Shown here: positions 25,085-38,190 of the stretch, piece by piece
Numbering within the stretch: the stretch's first letter is position 1
Layout of the letters: the number at the start of each line of letters is the position of its first letter
NCBI GenBank assembly: GCA_951406725.2
Contig: OX597814.1
Coordinates: 58,032,001 to 58,096,000 of the forward strand
Length of the DNA stretch: 64,000 nt
Source of the DNA: Octopus vulgaris
Taxonomy: Eukaryota
Reading direction: 5' to 3'
The notes under the pieces: model-generated
What the model saw: the letters and a program-made list of their open reading frames with translations, nothing else
Database searches by the model: none
What the model was told of the DNA's origin: nothing
Program-made: the position numbers and the translations under genes

Positions 25085-25676
25085 TTATCCTCATCTTGTT
25101 TGTTGTTAACAAGACGTTTCGGTTGATATACCCTGCAGTCTCTTACGAAAATTCCTAAGGTGTTTTTCGATGTTATTATCATTGGTATTCAGGTCACTGC
25201 CTGGAATCGAACTCGGAATCTTGGGGATAGTAGCCGGCACATTTAACCACTACGCCATATGCCAGTGTGCAATTATTGAGCGAATTTTAGGGCTTATAAA
25301 TCTAATATTTCCTATCCTTCCTTAATACCGGTTCCCATATGCTACTCATATCTGTACTCGGTCTGTTAGGAGGTTATTGTGTCCTAGCATATGTGCTGCT
25401 TCTTTTAGTTTTCGTATTTTCCAGTGGTGTTCTCTGTCTAGTATTTTAACTTCATCCCACAGGGGGAGGTGGTCTCTATTTTTCCATGCATGATCAGCTA
25501 TACCTGATTTATCAACATCTCCTCGTGTCACAGCTTTGCGATATTCGTCTACCATTATTTTTAGGGGGCGCCATGCCTTCGTATAACCTGCCACAGATGC
25601 ATGGGATGGTGTATACACAGTCTTTGGTCATATTCTCTTCTATTGGTGGTTTTACTCGGAGATATTTGCGAAGTGT
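25085..25676 (-). mobile_element. Penelope-like element 3' part: GIY-YIG endonuclease plus 3' UTR with a tRNA-like segment
   Basis: TLRKYLRVKPPIEENMTKDCVYTIPCICGRLYEG / RPLKIMVDEYRKAVTRGDVDKSGIADHAW...WDEVKILDREHHWKIRKLKEAAHM across a frameshift. Confidence 0.88.
25190..25263 (-). ncRNA. tRNA-like segment with Pol III A and B boxes inside the Penelope-like 3' region
   Basis: ggcata TGGCGTAGTGG ttaaatgtgccggctactatccccaagattccga GTTCGATTCC aggcagtgacc; stems too degenerate for a functional tRNA. Confidence 0.6.
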
Positions 25677-25793
25677 TATATCACCGATAATAGCCACTAT
25701 ATACATGGAATTCTTTGAGAATTTGGCTTTAGGATCAACACCACTAAAACCTATGTCTGAGATATGTTGATGACATCTTTATACTCTGGCCCC
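25677..25793 (+). mobile_element. Inverted Penelope-like RT core fragment
   Basis: SPIIATIYMEFFENLALGSTPLKP / LRYVDDIFILWPH (RT motifs 4-5), on the strand opposite to the adjacent GIY-YIG. Confidence 0.85.
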
Positions 25794-27289
25794 ACCACAC
25801 ACACACACACATATATAGATAAATAAATAAATGGAGTTAAACGCAGGTGTTATTCTGAATTTTTGCTACCCTGGTAACTGCTTATTTTTTCCGTGTTATT
25901 TGTAAACTGTGGAAAAAGCACACATACATTTATACACACACACACACATACACACAGACACACACACACACACACACAGACACACACACATACAGATATA
26001 TAAATGTATGTATATATATTTATTTACATTTATCTTTACTTTGTATTTTTTGTAAAGATATTTGTTGTTTTGAATTTATCTTCATAGCTAATGCACTAGA
26101 ATCCGATGTTTTGAAGCCAGCTATTTTTGCTTCGAATTATATAAGCATATATTGATTTTATTTCTATTTTAGGTAGGATATCACTCAAAAATGCATTTTT
26201 CTCTTTTAATTTCAATACATGAAGAATAAACTCTGAACTTTCGTTCATAATCATTATTGTTCAGTACAATTTACGCTTTGTAATGTCTTGTTTCACTGAC
26301 TACATTTTACATACGTTTTTTGCATTAGATTCAAAGTAAACATTTCACTATAAACTCTGGACTACCAATGGCGGTGAAGCTTTGTATAATTATTAATATG
26401 GCTCGTTGTATTAGATCGACTGTTGAAACAAACACTATTGTGCTACATTCTTTAACCGTGCGTTTAATCATCGATCGCTATTTGATTGTATTAGCTAGTA
26501 ATCAACAGATTTCATTAGAGTTGTCTGCCAATAATATTTCAAAGATTTCATTCTTTTTGATTTTATTGCACTTATATCGTATAATTGAATAATCCTGTAA
26601 GATTTCTTTATAATATTTGTTTCTGAGTTCTGGGATCGTTTCCCCTTTTACTGTCTGTATTGAAAAATTACTTCCTTCTTTTATATTTATTCAAAACATT
26701 GATTTTCTTGTGTGACTGTATATATCAGTAATTAATGGACATATTTTGTGCAAAATAATCAGTTGTAGATCATACAGTAGATATCTCATGCACATAGTAG
26801 CATAATTCCGTTTTGTTTGCTATATGTTCAAAAACGTTTTTCGTTTGCTTTATTACACAAAGGCTCACGTGTTTTTCGTCTAGGCACGTGTTATTTATTA
26901 GTTTGGTATTAGTGAAACAGAAAACAAGAAAATAACATTAATTACGCCTCATGATATTTTAATAAAATTGTTTTCTTATTGATATCGGGCTTATTTTAGC
27001 TTTACAGAGCGCTTTGTCGATATTGTTATTCATCTGGAGATCACCAGGGGTAGTCTTTGGTTGTCAGGCGCAGTCCAGGGTAATAGGAAACATCGTGTTC
27101 CTTAGTATTAGTGATCTGTTAGAAAGTTATTTTGGGTGCTCGATAGGTATGTATGGGAGGTTGCTGTTATGAAAGGGCCACGTAAAAGCCAACCAAGCAT
27201 GCCCAAGCTGTCCAAACTCCATGATATATAACCAAGCATGAATTCCTTAAACGAGAGAGAGAGAGGGGGGAGAGAGTACTCGCTTGATC

Positions 27290-27594
27290 GAACTAGAATA
27301 ATGTAGAATGTCTACAGATTTGAAACTCAGATTTATGATAAGCTTCGTAATAGGGCGAGACTGCAGAAGACTAAGACAATAATGATTCTTGTAGTAATAG
27401 GTGTAGTTGAAACAACAACCAAGATACTATTTCAAACGCTGAAAGAGATTGGAATTACAACTCGTTCACTACCTGAAAAAAGCTATTGTATATTCTCCAA
27501 AAACCCAAAGAAAGATTCTTGTGATTTGAGGAAATTTGTAGTGAACATACATCAAGCTAAAATACCCGCTTACAGAAGTTAGCTTCCACAAGCG
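27290..27594 (+). mobile_element. Degraded R4/Dong C-terminus and 3' UTR followed by (TAA)n
   Basis: ILVVIGVVETTTKILFQTLKEIGI...KAIVYS...RKILVI* (cf. VPVVIGALG...LQK..LL.TARILRKVL); ends at the (TAA)n tract. Confidence 0.55.
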
Positions 27595-27620
27595 TAATAA
27601 TAATAATAATAATAATAATA

Positions 27621-27655
<35 letters not shown>

Positions 27656-27935
27656 AATAATAATAATAATAAAAATAACAATAATAACAATATTAATAAT
27701 AGTAATAACGACAACAACAACATTAATAATAATGATAATAATGATAATAATAATAATAGTAATAATAATATTAGTAATAATAATAATAATAATATTCTAA
27801 TAATCATTATTATTATCATTATTATTGTTGTTGTTGTTGTCGTTATTAGAATTGTTATTGTTGTTGGTTCTGTTCTTGTTGATGATGCTGATGCTGTTAT
27901 TATCAACATCATTAGTGTAACTACTACTACTACTG

Positions 27936-28007
<72 letters not shown>

Positions 28008-28070
28008 ACAATAATAATAATAATAATAATAATATTAATAATAATAATAATATTAGTAACATTAATAATA
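27595..28070. repeat. Compound trinucleotide microsatellite (TAA/GAT/TTG/CTA)
   Basis: Seen directly; source of the poly-L/V/S pseudo-ORF. Confidence 0.95.
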
Positions 28071-28784
28071 TCAGCCTTATTCTATTTGCTTCATCACATC
28101 TAGGTACAGTGCAATTTTACTTGGTCGTGGATCACTTACCATATTTCAAAAATTATCTCCAAACCAAATACATGAAACCGTTGATCTTTTCTCGGAAGAA
28201 TAGCAGCGTGTTGAGTGGTATTCAGTCAATTAGATAATCTACATTTTCTACTGCGTTGGTAGTTTCCACTGTTAGCATTTGATTACTATTGTTACTTAAT
28301 CGTGTCTCTAAAGAAAACAGCAGCGGGATATGACGCTTTGGTGCAGTAATTATATATGGTTTTTTTATATGAGGCCTTTAGTACACGGATGTTGTAATCG
28401 CCAATGAAAAGTGGGAAATGAATTTTTAATAACAATGAAATCCTACGTCAATATTTGCATCGAATATCGCTACTTATATCGCAAAAAGCTTTGACAATAG
28501 ATTTGTGGTTTTCACTAGAACACACAAGTTTTACCTATTGTATACATACAATGAACATACTCAATGTAATAATTAAAAAAAGCAGACTTGCACGTACTTC
28601 ACTTAAGACAACTAAATTTGGTAGGAGACTAGCTAATATGGTTTCGAAACTTGGGAAATTATTTTCATATTAAGTGTTGCATTCTGCCTTGTGTATCTAA
28701 TATCTAGTGGGAAATAAGGTGCAGAATCCCGTCATATATATATATATATATACGTACATACACGCACTGACACACATATTTAGT

Positions 28785-28877
<93 letters not shown>

Positions 28878-29106
28878 CAAATGCGCAGCAAGATATTCGA
28901 ACAAAACGCTCCTAGGAGCCCATGGTAACACAAAACTGTCTCTCAATGTGCGTTGACGTCAGGGTGGGTGAAGGCGACGAAAATTTTGAATAATCCGTAA
29001 CAAGATAATTCATTTATACATTTCAAAAAATATATATATATATATATATATAATTATGTATTCACATACATACATATATAGGCACATGTCTATCTATCTG
29101 TCTGTA

Positions 29107-29169
<63 letters not shown>

Positions 29170-29224
29170 ATATATATATATATATCTGTCTGTTTATCTG
29201 TCTGTCTGTCTGTCTGTCTGTCTG

Positions 29225-29299
<75 letters not shown>

Positions 29300-29310
29300 G
29301 CATACATAAA

Positions 29311-30195
29311 TAGTACGCGATGGGTAAATTGTCGCCATTTTATATTTATAATTTCGCTCATGCGCATTGTTTGGCTTTGATTTTGTGGACGACGCTGTAT
29401 AGTAGGTTTATTTGGGTAACATCTGTGTGGCAACCAGCATCATGAAGTATTTCACTCTGCCAGAAAATTTTTGCAGTGACATGCTGCACTGCTTGATATA
29501 GGCGCCGGAAGCTCCGGTACGAACAGATGGTGAATACAGAACAACCGTTGGTTTGTCGTGTCCCAAAATCATGTACAGAGAATGATGAAAACCAAACAGC
29601 CAGTTAACATCATGGAGTTTCGAGTGATCACTAGTGATGACGACATTATGTCTCCATTCATATTCCCACACGGACTCAGACTCAACACAGAGGTCTAGAT
29701 AGAGTGTCTGGAGAAGGTAATGCTGCCTTGGGCCATAGAGGGTGGCTGCTGGAAGATCCTATATCCAGCAGCAGGACTGCGTGCCATGTCACGCAAGCAA
29801 CTGAACTCAATCATGGCTCTCAGACTTTTTCTGCGACCACATCACCCTAACATCTGGCCACCTAACTCTCCAGACTCAAATCCCTTTGATTATTATATGT
29901 GAGAATCAATTGAACGAGATACCTTCAAATACTTATAATATCAAAGATGAACTGAAGGCAAAGATTATGGCAGCTTTCACCAACTTAAATAAGGAAATAT
30001 TTTGCAAGCGTTGCAGAACATTCTAAAGTCGCCTGGAGGCCGTGGTTGAAGCCAATGACGGTTTTACGGAATATAGTTACTTTTTGTATTTCAAGATATT
30101 TTTATGTAATTTTGGTAAATATATCTAAAATGAGTTGACAGTGTTATTTTCAATTTTGCGTAATTTAGACGATATAGTTTATTCACCGCACCCTA
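29311..30195 (+). mobile_element. Internally deleted Tc1/mariner element, maT (DD37D)-like
   Basis: Imperfect TIRs tagtacgcgatgggtaaattgtcg / cgatatagtttattcaccgcacccta; remnants MKTKQPVNIM...FIFPHGLRLNTE...QQQD..PCH...IWPPNSPDSNPFDYY...KDELKAKIMAAFTNLNKE...SRLEAVVEANDGF. Confidence 0.82.
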
Positions 30196-30360
30196 TATAT
30201 ATAATATTATTTTATGTCATTTATCTTATGGCATTTATTTTACTTTTCGTTATATAATATTATTCATATGTAATTCTTATTCACACATCGCAACTTTTTT
30301 TCTTTTTTGTATTTTTTATACGTATATATGTATATTTTTACTTTTATATATATATACTCA

Positions 30361-31212
30361 GAGCCCGAATCCTGAAAACGTGGCTAACGGGGCTCTGGTA
30401 TTGCAATTCCCCAACGGCGGGTCTGCTCCTTGTGAAGGCGGATGAGGGCGATGCCCTGCAAGCTGGCTATAAGCCTACGAACAAGACCAGACGGGCTGGT
30501 CCCAAGGCCGAGCAAAGGATCTTATCCATGAACTCCGGCAGCTAGTTGCAGCAGAAGGGTCAATCCTCTCGAGACTCCTCTTGCCATTGAACCTCCCCCC
30601 GCGCCTTCTGTCAAGTACGTGCGGCTGAGAACTGTGCATCCTCTCCGGCACCTTAAACTTTTCACAGAACAACTTCGCCATTCATCCTTCATTATCTTTT
30701 ATCCTCTCTGCATGTCCTGCGGTGATGGGATCATCTGGCGACGTGGGCAGACTAGGAATGTAGTTGGAAGACTCTAGTTGGAATCCTGCACGTAGGCGGC
30801 ATAAGTAAGATGGTCGTTGTTGGATGGACCCGTTGACGAAAATCCAGCTAGGTCCTGCTTGTGCGTCCAGGCAACCCTTTTCAGAGATAGCAATGCCTTC
30901 CCCACATGGGAAAGGGCCTAAATAATGTGACTCAGAGAAAGCTCGTCCTCACTTGGTCGACTGGGTAACTGCCCCCAGTGAGTCATCCCCAAAGAAAAGC
31001 GGAAATAGCTCAAGGAACATCAGCACAATCCTAGACGAGCTCATCTTCTTTGGAGACCTCTTCACTGCTCTCATTGTAATCGGACATGTGCCCCCAGAAT
31101 CGGCCTTTTCAGTCAGGAGAGGGCCTGCGAACGCCATCAAGACAAACTCTAAGGATCAAAGACGACGTCGTCATCAGTCAAGATGGACTGGCTTAAGCAC
31201 GTAAGCAAAGCG
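30361..31212 (+). mobile_element. Bipartite RTE-derived non-autonomous retroelement (5' UTR fused to extreme 3' end)
   Basis: GC-rich island; RTE 5' UTR-like motifs ggcggatgaggg and gcagcagaagggtc; then KEKRK*LKE...CSHCNRTCAPRIGLFSQERAC (RTE C-terminal Zn-finger-like motif), stop, short UTR and taagc-like tail; no APE or RT between. Confidence 0.7.
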
Positions 31213-31419
31213 AGTAGAATATTGGGTTAGAAATCTTTTGGATTTCCCCAGCATGCTTCATTTTAAACTCAATATTCTACAAGCTCTTACCATAGATTGA
31301 AATACGCGTATCATCGTTGAAAACGATTATCTCACATCGCTTGCATATACATATACATATAGGTATGTATATGTGCATATATCTGAACATGTACTCACAT
31401 GTATAATATATAGCTACAT

Positions 31420-31762
31420 CAAGGGTAAAGACCCTTCAGTCATAAATGACCATGCGATCGCACCTAAAAAGTTCCCCACTGAAGCATAATCTGGGCAAGG
31501 TTGTTTATGGAAGACCAGCTGACGCCCATGCATATCAGCCTCCCGTCTTTACACTATCGATGTTATCCAAGGGAAAGGCAAAGTCCGATACACTTTGATA
31601 CCTGTGACGTCGCTACTAATATCTGCAGCTGAGCAAACCATACCAACGTGAATTAAAGTGTCTTGCTTTGAATCTCAATCAACATACAGCCCGGTCCGGG
31701 AATCGAACTCTCTACCTCATGATTTTGAGGCCCACGCTTTAACGATTGAGCCATGTGCCTTC
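31420..31762 (-). mobile_element. tRNA-derived SINE family C
   Basis: Minus-strand head gaaggcacatggctcaatcgttaaagcg...gagttcgattcccggacc (A and B boxes), then a gcaagacacttt-type body; unrelated to families A and B. Confidence 0.78.
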
Positions 31763-31831
31763 ATAAATACATTCACACACATACACACGTAACAATTACC
31801 ATAACGTGCTGTCGTATTACATTCGGTCCAC

Positions 31832-32043
31832 AAGGAGGCGAGCTGGCAGAAACCGTTAACACGCCAGGTGAAATGCTTAGCAGTATTTCGTCTGTCTCTA
31901 TGTTCTGAGTTCAAATTCCTCCGCGGTTGACTTTGTTTTATCCTTCCGGGGTCGATAACTTAAGTACCGGTTGCGTACTGGAGTCGATCTAATCGACTGG
32001 CACCCTCTCCAGAAATTTCGGGCCTTGTGCCTAAAGTAGAAAA
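31832..32043 (+). mobile_element. SINE family A with 17 bp TSD
   Basis: TSD tattacattcggtccac (31815-31831) / tattacattcagtccac (32044-32060). Confidence 0.9.
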
Positions 32044-32744
32044 TATTACATTCAGTCCACTTTGCTTCTCATTCACTCTTCTTTCGGCTCCAGTAAAATT
32101 TGTGCCAGAAAGGCAATATTTTTGCCTGTATAATCGTCAAAAATCCTTGAAAGGTGTATGTTTGCCTAATGGCTATTGAAGAATTGTAGCCAGCAAACTG
32201 ATATAGTTATGAAATAGTAAAAGAATTGCCCAGGAACATATTAAACTGTAATAGATTTTCTTAGTCACGAAAATATAAAATAAGAGATTAAAGGAAATAA
32301 TTATGAGATATATGAAAAGAGGTTACAGAGCTGCTAATTGCTACAAAAAAAGTCAGATTTTCCGCATTTTATACCTAATGACTTTTAAGAGGATTTGAGC
32401 TTTAGAATGTAATCAGTTGCCTGAGTGAAAAAAGAAAGCAAGTGCTTATATCTGAACTACATCTAATCATAGGTCTTCTCAATTAGAGCTCATTATGCTG
32501 TTAAGCATTAATAAAAAAAAATATTTCGTGTTTTCATAGCGCAACATTTTGTATGTATACACAATTCCATTTTCAGTCTTGTGTTTGTATTCGTCTCTTC
32601 ACTCTTTGACATCCTTAGATGCTATTATGAAAGTCTTCAAAGCAATTCCTGTATATTCATGACCTAATTGATTAACTGTTATAATTTTCATTTGCCCCTA
32701 AAAAGGACTGTTCGGAATAACAAGTTTCAATATTTCTTGCATAT

Positions 32745-32960
32745 GAGGCAATGAACTAGCATAATCTTTTGCACGCCAGACAAAATTTTTAGTAGCATTT
32801 CGTCCGTATTTACATTGCTAGTTCAAGTTCCGCAGAGACCGACTTTGCCTTTCATTCTGTCAGGGTCAATAAAATAAGTTCCAGTTGATCGCCGGGGCCA
32901 ATGTAATTGACTTACCCCACTACGCTAAAAGTGTTGGCCTTTTTCCAACATTTGAAGCGA
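32745..32960 (+). mobile_element. SINE family A (diverged)
   Basis: Family A head, body and tail; imperfect flanking repeat aatatttcttgcatat / aatatgttatgcatat. Confidence 0.78.
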
Positions 32961-35141
32961 ATATGTTATGCATATTCCTCAGTGTTAGTGGTATTGACTT
33001 GTAAATGCTTAAAGATTTAAATCAGAACACAATAAAATTGTGTATGTGTTAACATATGGAGGTACTTTCATCTGAGATTAGTCGGCATTTAATGTACAAA
33101 TATAATTATTGCAACAGTGATACCGGCACAGTATCCGAAAACAGGAATAACTAGGTTTCCTATTTGTCCTATGGTCCAAACAAAATTTCTATACACAGGT
33201 TTTATATTTCTTTGAAGCGTTTTTCCTGAATCTAATAAAATGATACATAAAATAAAGAAAATAAACATGTGACTTTTTTCATCAAAGAACCTATGTTTCA
33301 TGTATTAATCATCAACATATTTAAGCATCAATTACATTATATATTCTTTCAATGTAAAAAATGCGTATTAAAATTCTATAGTGCATTGTTGGAAATTTTG
33401 AAAACATCATCCATGACACATGACAACCGTAAAGCAAAATAAAGTAAATAAGCAAAATGCAATAAGCAATAACCCCAGCCTAAGTGAAAACGGTTTATAA
33501 TGACAATTGAAAAGCAATTAGAAGAATACTTCACAACAGGAGAGAAAATCAATTGTAAAGTTCAACAAATAATATGTAAGATGGTATTGTTATCTTAATA
33601 CCAATATAATTCTTTGATTGTATTCCGTTCTGAGACTTGATTATGTTCATAACATTTTATTTGTCGTGATTCGATTTTATTTGTTTAAATTTCTAAAATA
33701 AATTGTTTTAATCAATTTGTTCTTTAGGCATTACCACTTGTGTATTGCAGAGATGCGTACAGTCACCGCTGAGCTACTTCCTGTTTATCATTTCCAACTT
33801 CAAATGTAGAACTTTTTCTGATACAAACATTCGGCATATTTGCGAAAAGATCGAATGTGATGTATGGTGCTCATTTATGATAGTTCCATTAGGTCGGATG
33901 TTCTAAATTACTGACGTAAACCTTTCTTCACAATCGTAGAAACAGACTATAGGTATGGTATAACGGGTTGTAAGAAAACTAGAAAGAAAAAATACAATTG
34001 CTAATAATGTCCAGTCTCTTCTCGAGTACTTTGAAGATTTAGATGTGGAAACTACAAAAGTGAGGTTGACATGTTGATTGGAGGTATATACTCTGACAAC
34101 GCCAAGATGATGCCTAAGTTCTTGCAAACAACACGAAACCTCTGTGTTCTTTAATCCAGTTTAAATATCAAAGGATGTGAATTGGATGAAAGAACATCAA
34201 AATTCCGCATTGAAATATTCATAACGTCAGTACATACAAATTCTAGAGCAATTAAGCATATCTCAATTATGAATGTTAACTCAGCGCTGTATCAACAAAC
34301 GGAACTTTTCAAATTATTACATGAACTAAGACCGCAATAACACAAGCGCTTAAAGAAAAGGTGGACCACCTAAAGATTACATATATTTATGATTAACTAC
34401 AGCGCAGCTGATTCATAGATTCGCAGCGACATTGAAACTGAAAATTAACTATTAATCTTCCTTACTACAAGCAACTATTTCTTCCTCACTGCAAGTGACT
34501 TTCTCTTTTGACACCGACCTTTAAGCTCAAAGGCATCAACACAATAAATAAATAAATAAATAAAACAGCAACAGTAACAAGACTACACCGATAAGAAGAA
34601 CCCGAATCATGTAAAACTCCATAAGAACAATGCTACTAAAAGAAGTAGCACCACTTTCTACCACGACACCAACATGATCAACAGCGCTAATACGTCGGTT
34701 AGTCTAGGAAACCAACTACTCTCAGTTTCGCCTACGCAGCCCAATACAAAAACTAGTTTGTCACTCAAGGATCTGAACACCGCAAAGAAATATTGTTACC
34801 TAAGCCTGGCAGAACAGTGTATGTAAATGTGTTGTAGTCGATCCGGGAGAAAGAACAATTATATAAAAGAGATCAGAAAGGAAGTGAAGTCAGAAATGGA
34901 GTCAAGAACCAGCGACACACATTCAGACTAGAAAATATCTAAAATCAGACTCGGGTACAAATAATATACTTAGCTCGGGGGAGAAAGTTCCATGTGGTTA
35001 AGATATAATTTCCGCTGAAGGCGGGAGCTAGAAAGCAGTCCTGTAATGCCTTAAATAGTGCTAAGGATGTCCTCATCCCTACCTGTTTCATCCAGACGTT
35101 AGTATAAATGAAGGTGGTTGATGTATCATCAGTAATATATA

Positions 35142-35649
35142 CAAGGTCTGAACAATAAGTATCAGGACTGTTGCTATAGTAACAAAGCTAAAGTGCACAG
35201 TGTAAAACTGCTTGGCACAAATTCACCTTCAACTCTGCTGTGCATGCGCACTTAGTTCTAACGTTCTAGCTTGCATTCCTTGTTTATAGCAGTTCTTGGA
35301 AGTAACGTGTGTAGCGTGTTATCGTCGCATTGACCATGACAGAGAAAGTTGTCGTGGCGATACCCGCTCAGAGGCCTAGCGTATGGAGAGGGGTGTATGA
35401 GCCGCTCACATGTGTACGAGTGGTTCAGATGTTTCCCAAAAGGCCGAAAAAATGTCGGTAATGACGAACATTCTGGAAAACCCGCAACTAGCAGATACAT
35501 ACCTTACTTCCAAGCACTGCTGTAGAACATCAAAGCATAGTGCGAATGTACAGGATAATTCAAGGTCAATGTGTGCCAAGCGGCTTTAGTCTCTGTTCAT
35601 TAGCTTCGTAACTATAGCACCAGTCCGGATACTTATTGATCAGACCGCG
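35142..35649 (+). mobile_element. Mariner deletion derivative with long (~140 bp) imperfect TIRs
   Basis: Left end TA-caaggtctgaacaataagtatcaggactg; right end cagtccggatacttattgatcagaccgcg; internal YGEGCMSRSHVYEWFRCFPKGRKNVGNDEHSGKPATS (mariner HTH and linker). Confidence 0.85.
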
Positions 35650-35684
35650 GAGATATTACTATATATATATACGTATATATATAC

Positions 35685-35741
<57 letters not shown>

Positions 35742-38190
35742 TAGCCGCTGTCATTTGTTTTGTTTGATATAACACAGAAAACGACCATGTCACATATCGA
35801 CAGGTTGCGAAACAAAGTGTGCTTGGGCTCTGGTGCAAGGATGGAGTTAATGATCATAACAAATCAAAAACGCATGGACGTCATTCTTGATAGGGTCATG
35901 CAGTCAGATGGTTTGTAACACTTCGTAGCGGTTTAGATCTTGGCGTCACGTATACGGTGATATGAAGCAACGAAGCCTTTTTCTACAGAAAAGGACGAAG
36001 AGAAAAGAGCGCCCACTTGCCGAGACTGTTTTCTTTATAACAGCAACATAACCCTAAAAAGCGGTAGCAACATTAACAGAATCAGCAACAAAAATAGCAG
36101 GAACTCAACAGCACAAAGAGCAACAATACTACCAAAAGGAACAGCAATAGAAAACCAGCAACGACATCACTGCTTTGGAGAATAGCATCACCACCACAAT
36201 CACAAGATAAATCGACCTTTCCACACAAGTCCACCATATCACAGGCATACGCACTCTCGCACACATTCCGCAAATAAACCTTCTTCTCTGCTTCAGATTT
36301 CTTCAATTTCGGAATCTTGACGTGCAACGAGATTAAGTTGACAGACACACTACAACATCGTCTTCGTCGGAATGAGAAACAAAGAAATGACAAATGTTGC
36401 AATTTAAGAAACAGAAAACACTGTGTGAGGAGATAGAAATAGTACTTTGATTCATATCTCTTAATTAAAACTTATAATAACGACTTATATTAATCACATT
36501 TCTACATTTCTTGCTGTGGCTTTGTCGTTTCGAAATGGATCTTTATTATGTAGACGTAAATAGCTAGAGTATTAATCAATCAATCTTTCAAAATATGTGC
36601 TGCATATTTTGGCTCTGTGTGAATGCTTGGAGTGAAAGACCATCCTCCCATGTCTTAAAACATAGCAGCAAACCATGTTCTACGCTGGATTTCTACGATA
36701 AAGGCGAAGTGCTAACATATTTTAATACATTGAAGAGAGGGGTAAGAAATAGGAAGAGATGGACTGTATGGGAAGGAGTGAGTTGAATGCTGTAATGCGC
36801 ATTTTTTCTCTATTAATTGACTACAACATTTATCCGGCGTGCAGTTACTATGAGAAATGTGCATATTTTGAAAGACAGATATAATTTATATACGAAGTTA
36901 CATCGTCTCAAGTACTTAGCATTCAACAGGAAGAAGTAAGACGCGTAAAAGAAGTATTATTTTCTTACAGTTAAATTAAGTTATACATATCTCTCGCTGG
37001 AGCAGGATTTACATAAACATATTTTAAAAAGGTTCTTAAAGGATCGAAGGTTGCCTTATTCGAAATACACAGTATTATAAATGTGTGAGTTATAAGAGTT
37101 TAATGAATTCACCTACACAGCCAAATGCAAGTATTTGATATAAGATGTAATCTCATTTATAATGTTCTCTACGAAATTGACTTTATTCACCACATTAACG
37201 ATAAGACGAAACTAGATATAGATAACTATTAAATCGACAGCAGGATGTGTCACTATGTTATTTGTTTCTATTGGAAACTAGAGAAGTTTGTCTGCTGGTT
37301 GTTAAAAATATAATTTCATTTTTTTAATGAATTTTTTCAAATTTTTGTAAATGAAGGAACAGTAATATTATTCAACATTTAATTTTGCTCATTATCATTT
37401 ATATATATATTGAAATCTATCTAAAGCGCTTGGACATGACAATTATTCTTCTGTAGACACCTCAGCTGGTTCCATGCGTTAATTTCTCAAGATGTACTGT
37501 GATTTAAATCCACAGTCTATGCTAGTCTATCTTAATTAACGTCCTACTGTCCTGTAATGCTTTCAATCTATCTCTTACCATTTCAAGCAGGAGTGACTTG
37601 AAAATGTGAATGCAATTATTTCTTGTGTTAGCATTTTCTGTCAACTCCTCTACTATGTGCGTCACCACAGTCAATATATCAAGTCAGCATTCTAAGTAGT
37701 TTTGTGGTTGCAAGAAACACATCTATAAGATACTATTTGTTTGGAAACTAAACTTCATTATGAATCTCTTCTGGGACTTTTCTCATATGTGTGAGGAAGA
37801 TTTTGCTTGTAACTTTCCTATTTTACTTCATTTATACACATTACCTTAGCTATATCAATGCTATATGAACAGATGATCTAAAACACTCTAATATATAACA
37901 TGTTATTGTTTGATCTAAAAAATAATATTCCAACACTATATATTAGGTATCCATCCATACATCATCATTTCAAAAACCATATAGTTCCACGGGGCTAATG
38001 TTCAAATGAGATATCTATAGATTAATGCAAGTGAAATATAGATGATTACTTGTCAAGTTACAATGATAACTCTTCCTTGTCTAGCGCTCTGGTATATAGT
38101 ACACAAAGCATTATGACATATAATTTGGCAGCGAACAAAATAATTTTAAGCCCGATGTATCAGTATCTGCAATTTTAAGCCAGATGTATC

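Noticed and set aside
34130-34460. Possible Penelope GIY-YIG remnant
   Set aside because: Only a faint compositional resemblance; no unambiguous motif survives.
35070-35135. Minus-strand CTGATGA...GAAAC as a second hammerhead
   Set aside because: Stems I, II and III do not pair convincingly and there is no valid cleavage-site geometry.
36082-36402. 106 aa Cys-containing minus-strand ORF
   Set aside because: Non-ATG start, a low-complexity hydrophobic end from degenerate CAA/CAG repeats, and no splice context or homology.
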